Origin: Somniosus microcephalus
Lineage: Eukaryota
Assembly: GCA_052327205.1 (NCBI GenBank)
Contig: CM126204.1
Span: 220,286,001-220,350,000 of the forward strand
Length of the DNA stretch: 64,000 nt
Direction of reading: 5' to 3'
The notes beneath the pieces were generated by a model. The model did not search any database. It was not told where the DNA came from and saw only the letters and a list, made by a program, of their open reading frames with translations. The position numbers and the translations under genes were made by a program. Below, piece by piece: positions 48,901 to 63,900 of the stretch; positions within the stretch are counted from its first letter, which is position 1; each line of letters begins with the position of its first letter.

Positions 48901-51900
48901 TATTTAAGAGAATGGGGAGTGAGCAGGAGAGGAGGATTAGACTGGGTGTGATATTAAAGAGAATGGGGAGTGAGCAGGAGAGGAGAATTAGAATGGGTGT
49001 GTTATTAAAGAGAATGGGGAGTGAGCAGGAGAGGAGGATTAGACTGGGTGTGTTATTAAAGAGAATGGGGAGTGAGCAGGAGAGGAGGATTAGACTGGGT
49101 GTGATATTAAAGAGAATGAGGAGTGAGCAGGAGAGGAGGATTAGACTGGGTGTGATATTAAAGAGAATGGGGAGTGAGCAGGAGAGGAGGATTAGACTGG
49201 GTGTGTTATTAAAGAGAATGGGGAGTGAGCAGGAGAGGAGGATTAGACTGGGTGTGATATTAAAGAGAATGGGGAGTGAGCAGGAGAGGAGGATTAGACT
49301 GGGTGTGATATTAAAGAGAATGGGGAGTGAGCAGGAGAGGAGGATTAGACTCCGTGTGATATTAAAGTGAATGGAGAATGAGCAGGAGAGGAGGATTAGA
49401 CGGGGTGTGATATTAAAGAGAATGCGGAGTGAGCAGGAGAGGAGGATTAGACTGGGTGTGATATTGAAGAGAATGGGGAGTGAGCAGGAGAGGAGGATTA
49501 GACTCCGTGTGATATTAAAGAGAATGGAGTGTGAGCAGGATAGGAGGATTAGACTGCGTGTGATATTAAAGAGAATGGGGTGTGAGCAGGAGAGGAGGAT
49601 TAAACTGGGTGTAATATTAAAGAGAATGGGGAGTGAGCAGGAGAGGAGGATTAGACTCGGTATAATATTAAAGAGAATGAGGTGTGGGCAGGAGAGGAGG
49701 ATTAGACTGGGTGCGATATTAAAGAGAATGGGGAGTGAGCAGGAGAGGAGGATTAGACTGGGTGTGATATTAATAAGAATGGGGAGTGCGCAGGAGAGGA
49801 GAATTAGAATGGGTGTGATATTAATGAGAATGGGGAGTGAGCAGGAGAGGAGGATTAGACTGGGTGTGATATTAATGAGAATGGGGAGTGAGCAGGAGAG
49901 GAGGATTAGACTGGGTGTGATATTAATGAGAATGGGGAGTGAGCAGGAGAGGAGGATTAGACTGGGTGTGATATTAAAGGGAATGAGGAGTGAGAAGGAG
50001 AGAAGGATTAGACTGGGTGTGATATTAAAGAGAATGAGGAGTGAGCAGGAGAGGAGGATTAGACTGGGTGTGATATTAAAGGGAATGAGGAGTGAGAAGG
50101 AGAGAAGGATTAGACTGGGTGTGATATTAAAGAGAATGAGGAGTGAGCAGGAGAGGAGGATTAGACTGGGTGTGATATTAATAAGAATGGGGAGTGCGCA
50201 GGAGAGGAGAATTAGAATGGGTGTGATATTAATGAGAATGGGGAGTGAGCAGGAGAGGAGGATTAGACTGGGTGTGATATTAATGAGAATGGGGTTTGAG
50301 CAGGAGAGGAGGATTAGACTCGGTGTGATATTCAAGAGAATGAGGAGTGAGCAGGAGAGGAGGATTAGACTGGGTGTGATATTAAAGAGAATGTGGAGTG
50401 AGCAGGAGAGGAGGGTTAGACTGGGTGTGATATTAATGAGAATGGGGTGTGAGCAGGAGAGGAGGATTAGACTGGGTGTGATATTAAAGAGAATGGGGAG
50501 TGAGCAGGAGAGGAGGGTTAGACTGGCTGTGATATTAATGAGAATGGGGTGTGAGCAGGAGAGGAGGATCAGACTGGGTGTGAAATTATTGAGAATGGGG
50601 AGTGAGCAGGAGAGGAGGATTAGACTGGGTGTGATATTAAAGAGAATGGGGAGTGAGCAGGAGAGGAGGATTAGACTGGGTGTGATATTAAAGAGAATCG
50701 GGAGTGAGCAGGAGAGAAGGATTAGACTGGGTGTGATATTAAAGAGAATGGGGAGTGAGCAGGAGAGGAGGATTAGACTCGGTGTGATATTAAAAAAAAT
50801 GGGGTGGGAGCAGGAGAGGAGGATTAGACTGGGTGTGATATTAAAGAGAATGGGGAGTGAGCAGGAGAGTGGGATTAGACTGGGTGTGATATTAAAGAGA
50901 ATGAGGTGTGAGCAGGAGAGGAGGATTAGACTGGGTGTGATATTAAAGAGAATGGGGTGTGAGCAGGAGAGGAGGATTAGACTGGGTGTGATATTAAAGA
51001 GAATGGGGAGTGAGCAGGAGAGGAGGATTAGACTGAGTGCAATATTAAAGAGAATGGGGAGTGAGCACGAGAGAAGGATTAGACTGGGTGTGATATTAAA
51101 GAGAGTGGGGAGTGAGCAGGAGAGGAGGATTAGACTGGGTGCGATATTAAAGAGAAAGAGGTGTGAGCAGGAGAGGAGGATTAGATTGGGTGTGATATTA
51201 AAGAGAATGGAGAATGAGCAGGAGAGGAGGATTAGACTGGGTGCGATATTTAAGAGAATGGGGAGTGAGCAGGAGAGGAGAATTAGAATGGGTGTGTTAT
51301 TAAAGAGAATGGGGAGTGAGCAGGAGAGGAGGATTAGACTGGGTGTGTTATTAAAGAGAATGGGGAGTGAGCAGGAGAGGAGGATTAGACTCCGTGTGAT
51401 ATTAAAGTGAATGGAGAATGAGCAGGAGAGGAGGATTAGACGGGGTGTGATATTAAAGAGAATGCGGAGTGAGCAGGAGAGGAGGATTAGACTGGGTGTG
51501 ATATTGAAGAGAATGGGGAGTGAGCAGGAGAGGAGGATTAGACTGGGTGTGTTATTAAAGAGAATGGGGAGTGTGCAGGAGAGGAGGATTAGACTCCGTG
51601 TGATATTAAAGAGAATGGAGTGTGAGCAGGATAGGAGGATTAGACTGCGTGTGATATTAAAGAGAATGGGGTGTGAGCAGGAGAGGAGGATTAAACTGGG
51701 TGTAATATTAAAGAGAATGGGGAGTGAGCAGGAGAGGAGGATTAGACTCGGTATAATATTAAAGAGAATGAGGTGTGGGCAGGAGAGGAGGATAAGACTG
51801 GGTGTGTCTTTAAAGAGAATGGGGTGTGAGCAGGATAGGAGGATTAGACTGGGTGTGATATTAAAGAGAATGTGGAGTGAGCAGGAGAGGAGGATTAGAC

Positions 51901-54900
51901 TCGGTGTGATATTAAAGAGAATGAGGTGTGGGCAGGAGAGGAGGATTAGACTGGGTGCGATATTAAAGAGAATGGGGAGTGAGCAGGAGAGAAGGAATAG
52001 ACTGGGTTTGATATTAAGGAGAATGGGGAGTGAGCAGGAGAGGAGGATTAGACAGGGTGTGATATTAAAGAGAATGAGGAGTGAGCAGGAGAGGCGGATT
52101 AGACTGGGTGTGATATTAAAGAGAATGGGGAGTGAGCAGGAGAGAAGGATTAGATTGGGTGTGATATTCAAGAGAATGGGGAGTGAGCAGCAGAGGAGGA
52201 TTAGACTGGGTGTGATATTAAAGAGAATGTGGAGTGAGCAGGAGAGGAGGGCTAGGCTGGGTGTGATATTAAATAGAATGGGGAGTGCGCAGGAGAGTAG
52301 GGTTAGACTGGGTGTGATATTAATGAGACTGGGGAGTGAGCAGGAGAGGAGGATTAGACTGGGTGTGATATTAAAGAGAATGGGGAGAGCGCAGGAGAGG
52401 AGGGTTAGACTGGGTGTGATATTAATGAGAATGGGGTGTGAGCAGGAGAGGAGGATTAGACTGGGTGTGATATTAAAGAGAGTGGGGAGTGAGCAGGAGA
52501 GGAGGATTAGACTGGGTGTGATATTATTGAGAATGGGGAGTGAGCAGGAGAGAAGGATTAGACTGGGTGTGATATTATTGAGAATGGGGAGTGAGCAGGA
52601 GAGGAGGATTAGACTGGGTGTGATATTAAAGAGAGTGGGGAGTGTGCAGGAGAGGAGGATTAGACTGGGTGTGATATTAAAGAGAGTGGGGAGTGAGCAG
52701 GAGAGGAGGATTAGATTGGGTGTGATATTAAAGAGAATGGGCAGTGAGCAGGAAAGGAGGATTAGACTGTGTGTGATATTAAAGAGAGTGGGGATAGAGC
52801 AGGAGTGGAGGATTAGATAGGGTGTCATATTAAAGAGAATGGGGAGTGAGCAGGAGAGGAGGATTAACCTGGGTGTGATATTAAAGAGAATGGGGAGTGA
52901 GCAGGAGAGGAGGATTTGACTGGGTGTGAAATTAAAGAGAATGTGGAGTGAGCAGGAGAGGAGGATTAGACTGGGTGTGATATTAAAGAGAATGTGGAGT
53001 GAGCAGGAGAGGAGGATTAGACAGCGTGCGATATTAAAGAGAATGGGGAGTGAGCAGGAGAGGAGGATTAGACTGGGTGTGATATTAAAGAGAATGAGGT
53101 GTGAGCAGGAGAGGAGGATTAGACTGGGTGTGATATTAAAGAGAATGGGGTGTGAGCAGGAGAGGAGGATTAGACTGGGTGTGATATTAAAGAGAATGGG
53201 GAGTGAGCAGGAGAGGAGGATTAGACTGAGTGCAATATTAAAGAGAATGGGGAGTGAGCACGAGAGAAGGATTAGACTGGGTGTGATATTAAAGAGAGTG
53301 GGGAGTGAGCAGGAGAGGAGGATTAGACTGGGTGCGATATTAAAGAGAAAGAGGTGTGAGCAGGAGAGGAGGATTAGATTGGGTGTGATATTAAAGAGAA
53401 TGGAGAATGAGCAGGAGAGGAGGATTAGACTGGGTGCGATATTTAAGAGAATGGGGAGTGAGCAGGAGAGGAGGATTAGACTGGGTGTGATATTAAAGAG
53501 AATGGGGAGTGAGCAGGAGAGGAGAATTAGAATGGGTGTGTTATTAAAGAGAATGGGGAGTGAGCAGGAGAGGAGGATTAGACTGGGTGTGTTATTAAAG
53601 AGAATGGGGAGTGAGCAGGAGAGGAGGATTAGACTCCGTGTGATATTAAAGTGAATGGAGAATGAGCAGGAGAGGAGGATTAGACGGGGTGTGATATTAA
53701 AGAGATTGCGGAGTGAGCAGGAGAGGAGGATTAGACTGGGTGTGATATTGAAGAGAATGGGGAGTGAGCAGGAGAGGAGGATTAGACTGGGTGTGTTATT
53801 AAAGAGAATGGGGAGTGTGCAGGAGAGGAGGATTAGACTCCGTGTGATATTAAAGAGAATGGAGTGTGAGCAGGATAGGAGGATTAGACTGCGTGTGATA
53901 TTAAAGAGAATGGGGTGTGAGCAGGAGAGGAGGATTAAACTGGGTGTAATATTAAAGAGAATGGGGAGTGAGCAGGAGAGGAGGATTAGACTCGGTATAA
54001 TATTAAAGAGAATGAGGTGTGGGCAGGAGAGGAGGATTAGACTGGGTGCGATATTAAAGAGAATGGGGAGTGAGCAGGAGAGGAGGAATAGACTGGGTGT
54101 GAAATTAAAGAGAATGGGGAGTGAGCAGGAGAGGAGGGTTAGACTGGGTGTGATATTAAAGAGAATGGGGAGTGAGCAGGAGAGGAGGATAAGACTGGGT
54201 GTGTCTTTAAAGAGAATGGGGTGTGAGCAGGATAGGAGGATTAGACTGGGTGTGATATTAAAGAGAATGAGGTGTGGGCAGGAGAGGAGGATTAGACTGG
54301 GTGCGATATTAAAGAGAATGGGGAGTGAGCAGGAGAGGAGGATTAGACTCCGTGTGATATTAAAGAGAATGGAGTGTGAGCAGGATAGGAGGATTAGACT
54401 GCGTGTGATATTAAAGAGAATGGGGTGTGAGCAGGAGAGGAGGATTAAACTGGGTGTAATATTAAAGAGAATGGGGAGTGAGCAGGAGAGGAGGATTAGA
54501 CTCGGTATAATATTAAAGAGAATGAGGTGTGGGCAGGAGAGGAGGATTAGACTGGGTGCGATATTAAAGAGAATGGGGAGTGAGCAGGAGAGGAGGAATA
54601 GACTGGGTGTGAAATTAAAGAGAATGGGGAGTGAGCAGGAGAGGAGGGTTAGACTGGGTGTGATATTAAAGAGAATGGGGAGTGAGCAGGAGAGGAGGAT
54701 AAGACTGGGTGTGTCTTTAAAGAGAATGGGGAGTGAGCAGGAGAGGAGGATTGGACTCGGTGTGATATTAAAGAGAATGAGGTGTGGGCAGGAGAGGAGG
54801 ATTAGACTGGGTGCGATATTAAAGAGAATGGGGAGTGAGCAGGAGAGAAGGAATAGACTGGGTTTGATATTAAGGAGAATGGGGAGTGAGCAGGAGAGGA

Positions 54901-57900
54901 GGATTAGACAGGGTGTGATATTAAAGAGAATGAGGAGTGAGCAGGAGAGGCGGATTAGACTGGGTGTGATATTAAAGAGAATGGGGAGTGAGCAGGAGAG
55001 AAGGATTAGATTGGGTGTGATATTCAAGAGAATGGGGAGTGAGCAGCAGAGGAGGATTAGACTGGATGTGATATGAAAGAGAATGTGGAGTGAGCAGGAG
55101 AGGAGGGCTAGGCTGGGTGTGATATTAAATAGAATGGGGAGTGCGCAGGAGAGTAGGGTTAGACTGGGTGTGATATTAATGAGACTGGGGAGTGAGCAGG
55201 AGAGGAGGATTAGACTGGGTGTGATATTAAAGAGAGTGGGGAGTGAGCAGGAGAGGAGGATTAGACTGGGTGTGATATTATTGAGAATGGGGAGTGAGCA
55301 GGAGAGAAGGATTAGACTGGGTGTGATATTATTGAGAATGGGGAGTGAGCAGGAGAGGAGGATTAGACTGGGTGTGATATTAAAGAGAGTGGGGAGTGTG
55401 CAGGAGAGGAGGATTAGACTGGGTGTGATATTAAAGAGAGTGGGGAGTGAGCAGGAGAGGAGGATTAGATTGGGTGTGATATTAAAGAGAATGGGCAGTG
55501 AGCAGGAAAGGAGGATTAGACTGTGTGTGATATTAAAGAGAGTGGGGATAGAGCAGGAGTGGAGGATTAGATAGGGTGTCATATTAAAGAGAATGGGGAG
55601 TGAGCAGGAGAGGAGGATTAACCTGGGTGTGATATTAAAGAGAATGGGGAGTGAGCAGGAGAGGAGGATTTGACTGGGTGTGAAATTAAAGAGAATGTGG
55701 AGTGAGCAGGAGAGGAGGATTAGACTGGGTGTGATATTAAAGAGAATGTGGAGTGAGCAGGAGAGGAGGATTAGACAGCGTGCGATATTAAAGAGAATGG
55801 GGAGTGAGCAGGAGAGGAGGATTAGACTGGGTGTGATATTAATGAGAATGGGGAGTGAGCAGGAGAGGAGGATGAGACTGGGTGTGATATTAAAGAGAAT
55901 GAGATGTGAGCAGGAGAGGAGGATTAGACTGGGTGTGATATTAAAGAGAATGGGGAGTGAGCAGGAGAGAAGGATTAGACTGGGTATGATATTAAAGAGA
56001 ATCGGGAGTGAGCAGGAGAGAAGGATGAGACTGGGTGTGATATTAAAGAGAATGGGGAGTGAGCAGCAGAGGAGGATTAGACTGGGTGTGATATTAAAGA
56101 GAATGTGGAGTGAGCAGGAGAGGAGGATTAGACTGAGAGTGATATTAAAGAGAGTGGGGGGTGAGCAGGAGAGGAGGATTAGACTGGGTGTGACATTAAA
56201 AAGAATGGGGTGTGAGCAGGACAGGAGGATTAGACTTAGTGCGATATTAAAGAGAATGTGAAGTGAGCAGGAGAGAAGGATTAGACTGGGTGCGATATTA
56301 AAGAGAATGGGGAGTGAGCAGGAGAGGAGGATTAGACTGCGTATGATATTAAAGAGAATGGGAAGTGAGCAGGAGAGGAGGAATAGACTGGGTGTGATAT
56401 TAAATAGAATGAGGTGTGAGCAGGAGAGGAGGATTAGACAGGGTGTGACATTAAAGAGAATGGGGAGTGAGCAGGAGAGAAGGATTAGACTGGGTGTGTT
56501 ATTAAAGAGAATGGGGAGTGAGCAGGAGAGGAGGATTAGACTCCGTGTGATATTAAAGAGAATGGAGTGTGAGCAGGATAGTATGATTAGACTGCGTGTG
56601 ATATTAAAGAGAATGGGGTGCGAGCAGGAGAGGAGGATTAAACTGGGTGTAATATTAAAGAGAATGGGGAGTGAGCAGGAGAGGAGGATTAGACTCGGTG
56701 TAATATTAAAGAGAATGAGGTGTGGGCAGGAGAGGAGGATTAGACTGGGTGCGATATTAAAGAGAATGGGGAGTGAGCAGGAGAGGAGGAATAGACTGGG
56801 TGTGATATTAAAGAGAATGGGGAGTGAGCAGGAGAGGAGTATTAGACTGGGTGTGTTATTAAAGAGAATGGGGTGTGAGCAGGATAGGAGGATTAGACTG
56901 GGTGTGATATTAAAGAGAATGTGGAGTGAGCAGGAGAGGAGGATTAGACTCGGTGTGATATTAAAGAGAATGAGGTGTGGGCAGGAGAGGAGGATTAGAC
57001 TGGGTGCGATATTAAAGAGAATGGGGAGTGAGCAGCAGAGGAGGATTAGACTGGGTGTGATATTAAAGAGAATGTGGAGTGAGCAGGAGAGGAGGACTAG
57101 GCTGAGTGTGATATTAAATAGAATGGGGAGTGCGCAGGAGAGGAGGGTTAGACTGGGTGTGATACTAATGAGACTGGGGAGTGAGCAGGAGAGGAGGATT
57201 AGACTGGGTGTGATATTAAAGAGAATGGGGAGTGCGCAGGAGAGGAGGGTTAGACTGGGTGTGATATTAAAGAGAATGGGGTGTGAGCAGGAGAGGAGGA
57301 TTAGACTGGGTGTGATATTAAAGAGAGTGGGGAGTGAGCAGGAGAGGAGGATTAGACTGGGTGTGATATTATTGAGAATGGGGAGTGAGCAGGAGAGAAG
57401 GATTAGACTGGATGTGATATTATTGAGAATGGGGAGTGAGCAGGAGAGGAGGATTAGACTGGGTGTGATATTAAAGAGAGTGGGGAGTGTGCAGGAGAGG
57501 AGGATTAGACTGGGTGTGATATTAAAGAGAGTGGGGAGTGAGCAGGAGAGGAGGATTAGATTGGGTGTGATATTAAAGAGAATGGGCAGTGAGCAGGAAA
57601 GGAGGATTAGACTGTGTGTGATATTAAAGAGAGTGGGGATAGAGCAGGAGTGGAGGATTAGATAGGGTGTCATATTAAAGAGAATGGGGAGTGAGCAGGA
57701 GAGGAGGATTTGACTGGGTGTGAAATTAAAGAGAATGTGGAGTGAGCAGGAGAGGAGGATTAGACTGGGTGTGATATTAAAGAGAATGTGGAGTGAGCAG
57801 GAGAGGAGGATTAGACAGCGTGCGATATTAAAGAGAATGGGGAGTGAGCAGGAGAGGAGGATGAGACTGGGTGTGATATTAAAGAGAATGAGATGTGAGC

Positions 57901-60900
57901 AGGAGAGGAGGATTAGACTGGGTGTGATATTAAAGAGAATGGGGAGTGAGCAGGAGAGAAGGATTAGACTGGGTGTGATATTAAAGAGAATCGGGAGTGA
58001 GCAGGAGAGAAGGATTAGACTGGGTGTGATATTAAAGAGAATGTGGAGTGAGCAGGAGAGGAGGATTAGACTGAGAGTGATATTAAAGAGAATGGGGTGT
58101 GAGCAGGAGAGGAGGATTAGACTGGGTGTGATATGAAAGAGAGTGGGGGGTGAGCAGGAGAGGAGGATTAGACTGGGTGTGACATTAAAAAGAATGGGGT
58201 GTGAGCAGGACAGGAGGATTAGACTTAGTGCGATATTAAAGAGAATGTGAAGTGAGCAGGAGAGAAGGATTAGACTGGGTGCGATATTAAAGAGAATGGG
58301 GAGTGAACAGGAGAGGAGGATTAGACTGCGTATGATATTAAAGAGAATGGGAAGTGAGCAGGAGAGGAGGAATAGACTGGGTGTGATATTAAATAGAATG
58401 TGGTGTGAGCAGGAGAGGAGGATTAGACAGGGTGTGACATTAAAGAGAATGGGGAGTGAGCAGGAGAGAAGGATTAGACTGGGTGTGTTATTAAAGAGAA
58501 TGGGGAGTGAGCAGGAGAGGAGGATTAGACTGGGTGTGTTATTAAAGAGAATGGGGAGTGAGCAGGAGAGGAGGATTAGACTCCGTGTGATATTAAAGAG
58601 AATGGAGTGTGAGCAGGATAGGAGGATTAGACTGCGTGTGATATTAAAGAGAATGGGGTGTGAGCAGGAGAGGAGGATTAAACTGGGTGTAATATTAAAG
58701 AGAATGGGGAGTGAGCAGGAGAGGAGGATTAGACTCGGTGTAATATTAAAGAGAATGAGGTGTGGGCAGGAGAGGAGGATTAGACTGGGTGCGATATTAA
58801 AGAGAATGGGGAGTGAGCAGGAGAGGAGGAATAGACTGGGTGTGATATTAAAGAGAATGGGGAGTGAGCAGGAGAGGAGGATTAGACTGGGTGTGTTATT
58901 AAAGAGAATGGGGTGTGAGCAGGATAGGAGGATTAGACTGGGTGTGATATTAAAGAGAATGTGGAGTGAGCAGGATAGGAGGATTAGACTCGGTGTGATA
59001 TTAAAGAGAATGAGGTGTGGGCAGGAGAGGAGGATTAGACTGGGTGCGATATTAAAGAGAATGGGGAGTGAGCAGCAGAGGAGGATTAGACTGGGTGTGA
59101 TATTAAAGAGAATGTGGAGTGAGCAGGAGAGGAGGACTAGGCTGGGTGTGATATTAAATAGAATGGGGAGTGCGCAGGAGAGGAGGGTTAGACTGGGTGT
59201 GATATTAATGAGACTGGGGAGTGAGCAGGAGAGGAGGATTAGACTGGGTGTGATATTAAAGAGAATGGGGAGTGCGCAGGAGAGGAGGGTTAGACTGGGT
59301 GTGATATTAATGAGAATGGGGTGTGAGCAGGAGAGGAGGATTAGACTGGGTGTGATATTAAAGAGAGTGGGGAGTGAGCAGGAGAGGAGGATTAGACTGG
59401 GTGTGATATTATTGAGAATGGGGAGTGAGCAGGAGAGAAGGATTAGACTGGGTGTGATATTATTGAGAATGGGGAGTGAGCAGGAGAGGAGGATTAGACT
59501 GGGTGTGATATTAAAGAGAGTGGGGAGTGTGCAGGAGAGGAGGATTAGACTGGGTGTGATATTAAAGAGAGTGGGGAGTGAGCAGGAGAGGAGGATTAGA
59601 TTGGGTGTGAAATTAAAGGGAATGGGCAGTGAGCAGGAAAGGAGGATTAGACTGTGTGTGATATTAAAGAGAGTGGGGATAGAGCAGGAGTGGAGGATTA
59701 GATAGAGTGTCATATTAAAGAGAATGGGGAGTGAGCAGGAGAGGAGGATTAACCTGGGTGTGATATTAAAGAGAAAGGGGAGTGAGCAGGAGAGGAGGAT
59801 TTGACTGGGTGTGAAATTAAAGAGAATGTGGAGTGAGCAGGATAGGAGGATTAGACTGGGTGTGATATTAAAGAGAATGTGGAGTGAGCAGGAGAGGAGG
59901 ATTAGACAGCGTGCGATATTAAAGAGAATGGGGAGTGAGCAGGAGAGGAGGATTAGACTGGGTGTGATATTAATGAGAATGGGGAGTGAGCAGGAGAGGA
60001 GGATGAGACTGGGTGTGATATTAAAGAGAATGAGATGTGAGCAGGAGAGGAGGATTAGACTGGGTGTGATATTAAAGAGAATGGGGAGTGAGCAGGAGAG
60101 AAGGATTAGACTGGGTGTGATATTAAAGAGAATCGGGAGTGAGCAGGAGAGAAGGATGAGACTGGGTGTGATATTAAAGAGAATGGGGAGTGAGCAGCAG
60201 AGGAGGATTAGACTGGGTGTGATATTAAAGAGAATGTGGAGTGAGCAGGAGAGGAGGATTAGACTGAGTGTGATATTAAAGAGAATGGGAAGTGAGCAGG
60301 AGAGGAGGAATAGACTGGATGTGATATGAAAGAGAGTGGGGGGTGAGCAGGAGAGGAGGATTAGACTGGGTGCGACATTAAAAAGAATGGGGTGTGAGCA
60401 GGACAGGAGGATTAGACTTAGTGCGATATTAAAGAGAATGTGAAGTGAGCAGGAGAGAAGGATTAGACTGGGTGCGATATTAAAGAGAATGGGGAGTGAG
60501 CAGGAGAGGAGGATTAGACTGCGTATGATATTAAAGAGAATGGGAAGTGAGCAGGAGAGGAGGAATAGACTGGGTGTGATATTAAATAGAATGAGGTGTG
60601 AGCAGGAGAGGAGGATTAGACTGGGTGTGACATTAAAGAGAATGGGGAGTGAGCAGGAGAGAAGGATTAGACTGGGTGTGTTATTAAAGAGAATGGGGAG
60701 TGAGCAGGAGAGGAGGATTAGACTCCGTGTGATATTAAAGAGAATGGAGTGTGAGCAGGATAGGAGGATTAGACTGCGTGTGATATTAAAGAGAATGGGG
60801 TGTGAGCAGGAGAGGAGGATTAAACTGGGTGTAATATTAAAGAGAATGGGGAGTGAGCAGGAGAGGAGGATTAGACTCGGTGTAATATTAAAGAGAATGA

Positions 60901-63900
60901 GGTGTGGGCAGGAGAGGAGGATTAGACTGGGTGCGATATTAAAGAGAATAGGGAGTGAGCAGGAGAGGAGGAATAGACTGGGTGTGATATTAAAGAGAAT
61001 GGGGAGTGAGCAGGAGAGGAGGGTTAGACTGGGTGTGATATTAAAGAGAATGGGGAGTGAGCAGGAGAGGAGGATTAGACTGGGTGTGTTATTAAAGAGA
61101 ATGGGGTGTGAGCAGGATAGGAGGATTAGATTGGGTGTGATATTAAAGAGAATGTGGAGTGAGCAGGAGAGGAGGATTAGACTCGGTGTGATATTAAAGA
61201 GAATGAGGTATGGGCAGGAGAGGAGGATTAGACTGGGTGCGATATTAAAGAGAATGGGGAGTGAGCAGGAGAGGAGGAATAGACTGGGTGTGATATTAAA
61301 GAGAATGGGGAGTGAGCAGGAGAGGAGGATTAGACAGGGTGTGATATTAAAGAGAATGAGGAGTGAGCAGGAGAGGCGGATTAGACTGGGTGTGATATTA
61401 AAGAGAATGGGGAGTGAGCAGGAGAGAAGGATTAGATTGGGTGTGATATTCAAGAGACTGGGGAGTGAGCAGGAGAGGAGGATTAGACTGGGTGTGATAT
61501 TAAAGAGAATGGGGAGTGCGCAGGAGAGGAGGGTTAGACTGGGTGTGATATTAATGAGAATGGGGTGTGAGCAGGAGAAGAGGATTAGACTGGGTGTGAT
61601 ATTAAAGAGAGTGGGGAGTGAGCAGGAGAGGAGGATTAGACTGGGTGTGATATTATTGAGAATGGGGAGTGAGCAGGAGAGAAGGATTAGACTGGGTGTG
61701 ATATTATTGAGAATGGGGAGTGAGCAGGAGAGGAGGATTAGACTGGGTGTGATATTAAAGAGAGTGGGGAGTGTGCAGGAGAGGAGGATTAGACTGGGTG
61801 TGATATTAAAGAGAGTGGGGAGTGAGCAGGAGAGGAGGATTAGATTGGGTGTGATATTAAAGAGAATGGGCAGTGAGCAGGAAAGGAGGATTAGACTGTG
61901 TGTGATATTAAAGAGACTGGGGATAGAGCAGGAGTGGAGGATTAGATAGGGTGTCATATTAAAGAGAATGGGGAGTGAGCAGGAGAGGAGGATTAACCTG
62001 GGTGTGATATTAAAGAGAACGGGGAGTGAGCAGCAGAGGAGGATTTGACTGGGTGTGAAATTAAAGAGAATGTGGAGTGAGCAGGAGAGGAGGATTAGAC
62101 TGGGTGTGATATTAAAGAGAATGTGGAGGGAGCAGGAGAGGAGGATTAGACAGCGTGCGACATTAAAGAGAATGGGGAGTGAGCAGGAGAGGAGGATTAG
62201 ACTGGGTGTGATATTAATGAGAATGGGGAGTGAGCAGGAGAGGAGGATGAGACTGGGTGTGATATTAAAGAGAATGAGGTGTGAGCAGGAGAGGAGGATT
62301 AGACTGGGTGTGATATTAAAGAGAATGGGGAGTGAGCAGGAGAGAAGGATTAGACTGGGTGTGATATTAAAGAGAATCGGGAGTGAGCAGGAGAGAAGGA
62401 TGAGACTGGGTGTGATATTAAAGAGAATGGGGAGTGAGCAGCAGAGGAGGATTAGACTGGGTGTGATATTAAAGAGAATGTGGAGTGAGCAGGAGAGGAG
62501 GATTAGACTGAGTGTGATATTAAAGAGAATGGGGTGTGAGCAGGAGAGGAGGATTAGACTGGGTGTGATATGAAAGAGAGTGGGGTGTGAGCAGGAGAGG
62601 AGGATTAGACTGGGTGTGACATTAAAAAGAATGGGGTGTGAGCAGGACAGGAGGATTAGACTTAGTGCGATATTAAAGAGAATGTGAAGTGAGCAGGAGA
62701 GAAGGATTAGACTGGGTGCGATATTAAAGAGAATGGGGAGTGAGCAGGAGAGGAGGATTAGACTGCGTATGATATTAAAGAGAATGGGAAGTGAGCAGGA
62801 GAGGAGGAATAGACTGGGTGTGATATTAAATAGAATGAGGTGTGAGCAGGAGAGGAGGATTAGACTGGGTGTGACATTAAAGAGAATGGGGAGTGAGCAG
62901 GAGAGAAGGATTAGACTGGGTGTGATATTAAAGAGAATGGGGAGTGAGCAGGAGAGAAGGATAAGACTGGGTGTGATATTAAAGAGAATGGGGAGAGAGC
63001 AGGAGAGGAGGATTCGACTGGGTGTGATATTAAAGAGAATGGGGAGTGAGCAGGAGAGGAGGATTAGATTGGGTGTGATATTAAAGAGAATGGGCAGTGA
63101 GCAGGAAAGGAGGATTAGACTGTGTGTGATATTAAAGAGAGTGGGGATAGAGCAGGAGTGGAGGATTAGATAGGGTGTCATATTAAAGAGAATGGGGAGT
63201 GAGCAGGAGAGGAGGATTAGACTCGGTGTAATATTAAAGAGAATGAGGTGTGGGCAGGAGAGGAGGATTAGACTGGGTGCGATATTAAAGAGAATGGGGA
63301 GTGAGCAGGAGAGGAGGAATAGACTGGGTGTGATATTAAAGAGAATGGGGAGTGAGCAGGAGAGGAGGGTTAGACTGGGTGTGATATTAAAGAGAATGGG
63401 GAGTGAGCAGGAGAGGAGGATTAGACTGGGTGTGTTATTAAAGAGAATGGGGTGTGAGCAGGATAGGAGGATTAGACTGGGTGTGATATTAAAGAGAATG
63501 TGGAGTGAGCAGGAGAGGAGGATTAGACTCGGTGTGATATTAAAGAGAATGAGGTGTGGGCAGGAGAGGAGGATTAGACTGGGTGCGATATTAAAGAGAA
63601 TGGGGAGTGAGCAGGAGAGGAGGAATAGACTGGGTGTGATATTAAAGAGAATGGGGAGTGAGCAGGAGAGGAGGATTAGACAGGGTGTGATATTAAAGAG
63701 AATGGGGAGTGAGCAGGAGAGGAGGATTAGACTGGGTGTGATATTAAAGAGAATGGGGAGTGAGCAGGAGAGGAGGATTTGACTGGGTGTGAAATTAAAG
63801 AGAATGTGGAGTGAGCAGGAGAGGAGGATTAGACTGGGTGTGATATTAAAGAGAATGTGGAGTGAGCAGGAGAGGAGGATTAGACAGCGTGCGATATTAA

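Noticed and set aside
47270-63181. 5303-aa minus-strand ORF (ITPSLILLSCSLPILFN)n, and the plus-strand MGSEQERRIRLGVILKR ORFs, as real proteins
   Set aside because: The unit length is a multiple of 3. In the minus frame only 3 of 153 single substitutions (in TGC and TCA) create a stop, and variants show no obvious synonymous bias. The plus frame is repeatedly interrupted by stops.
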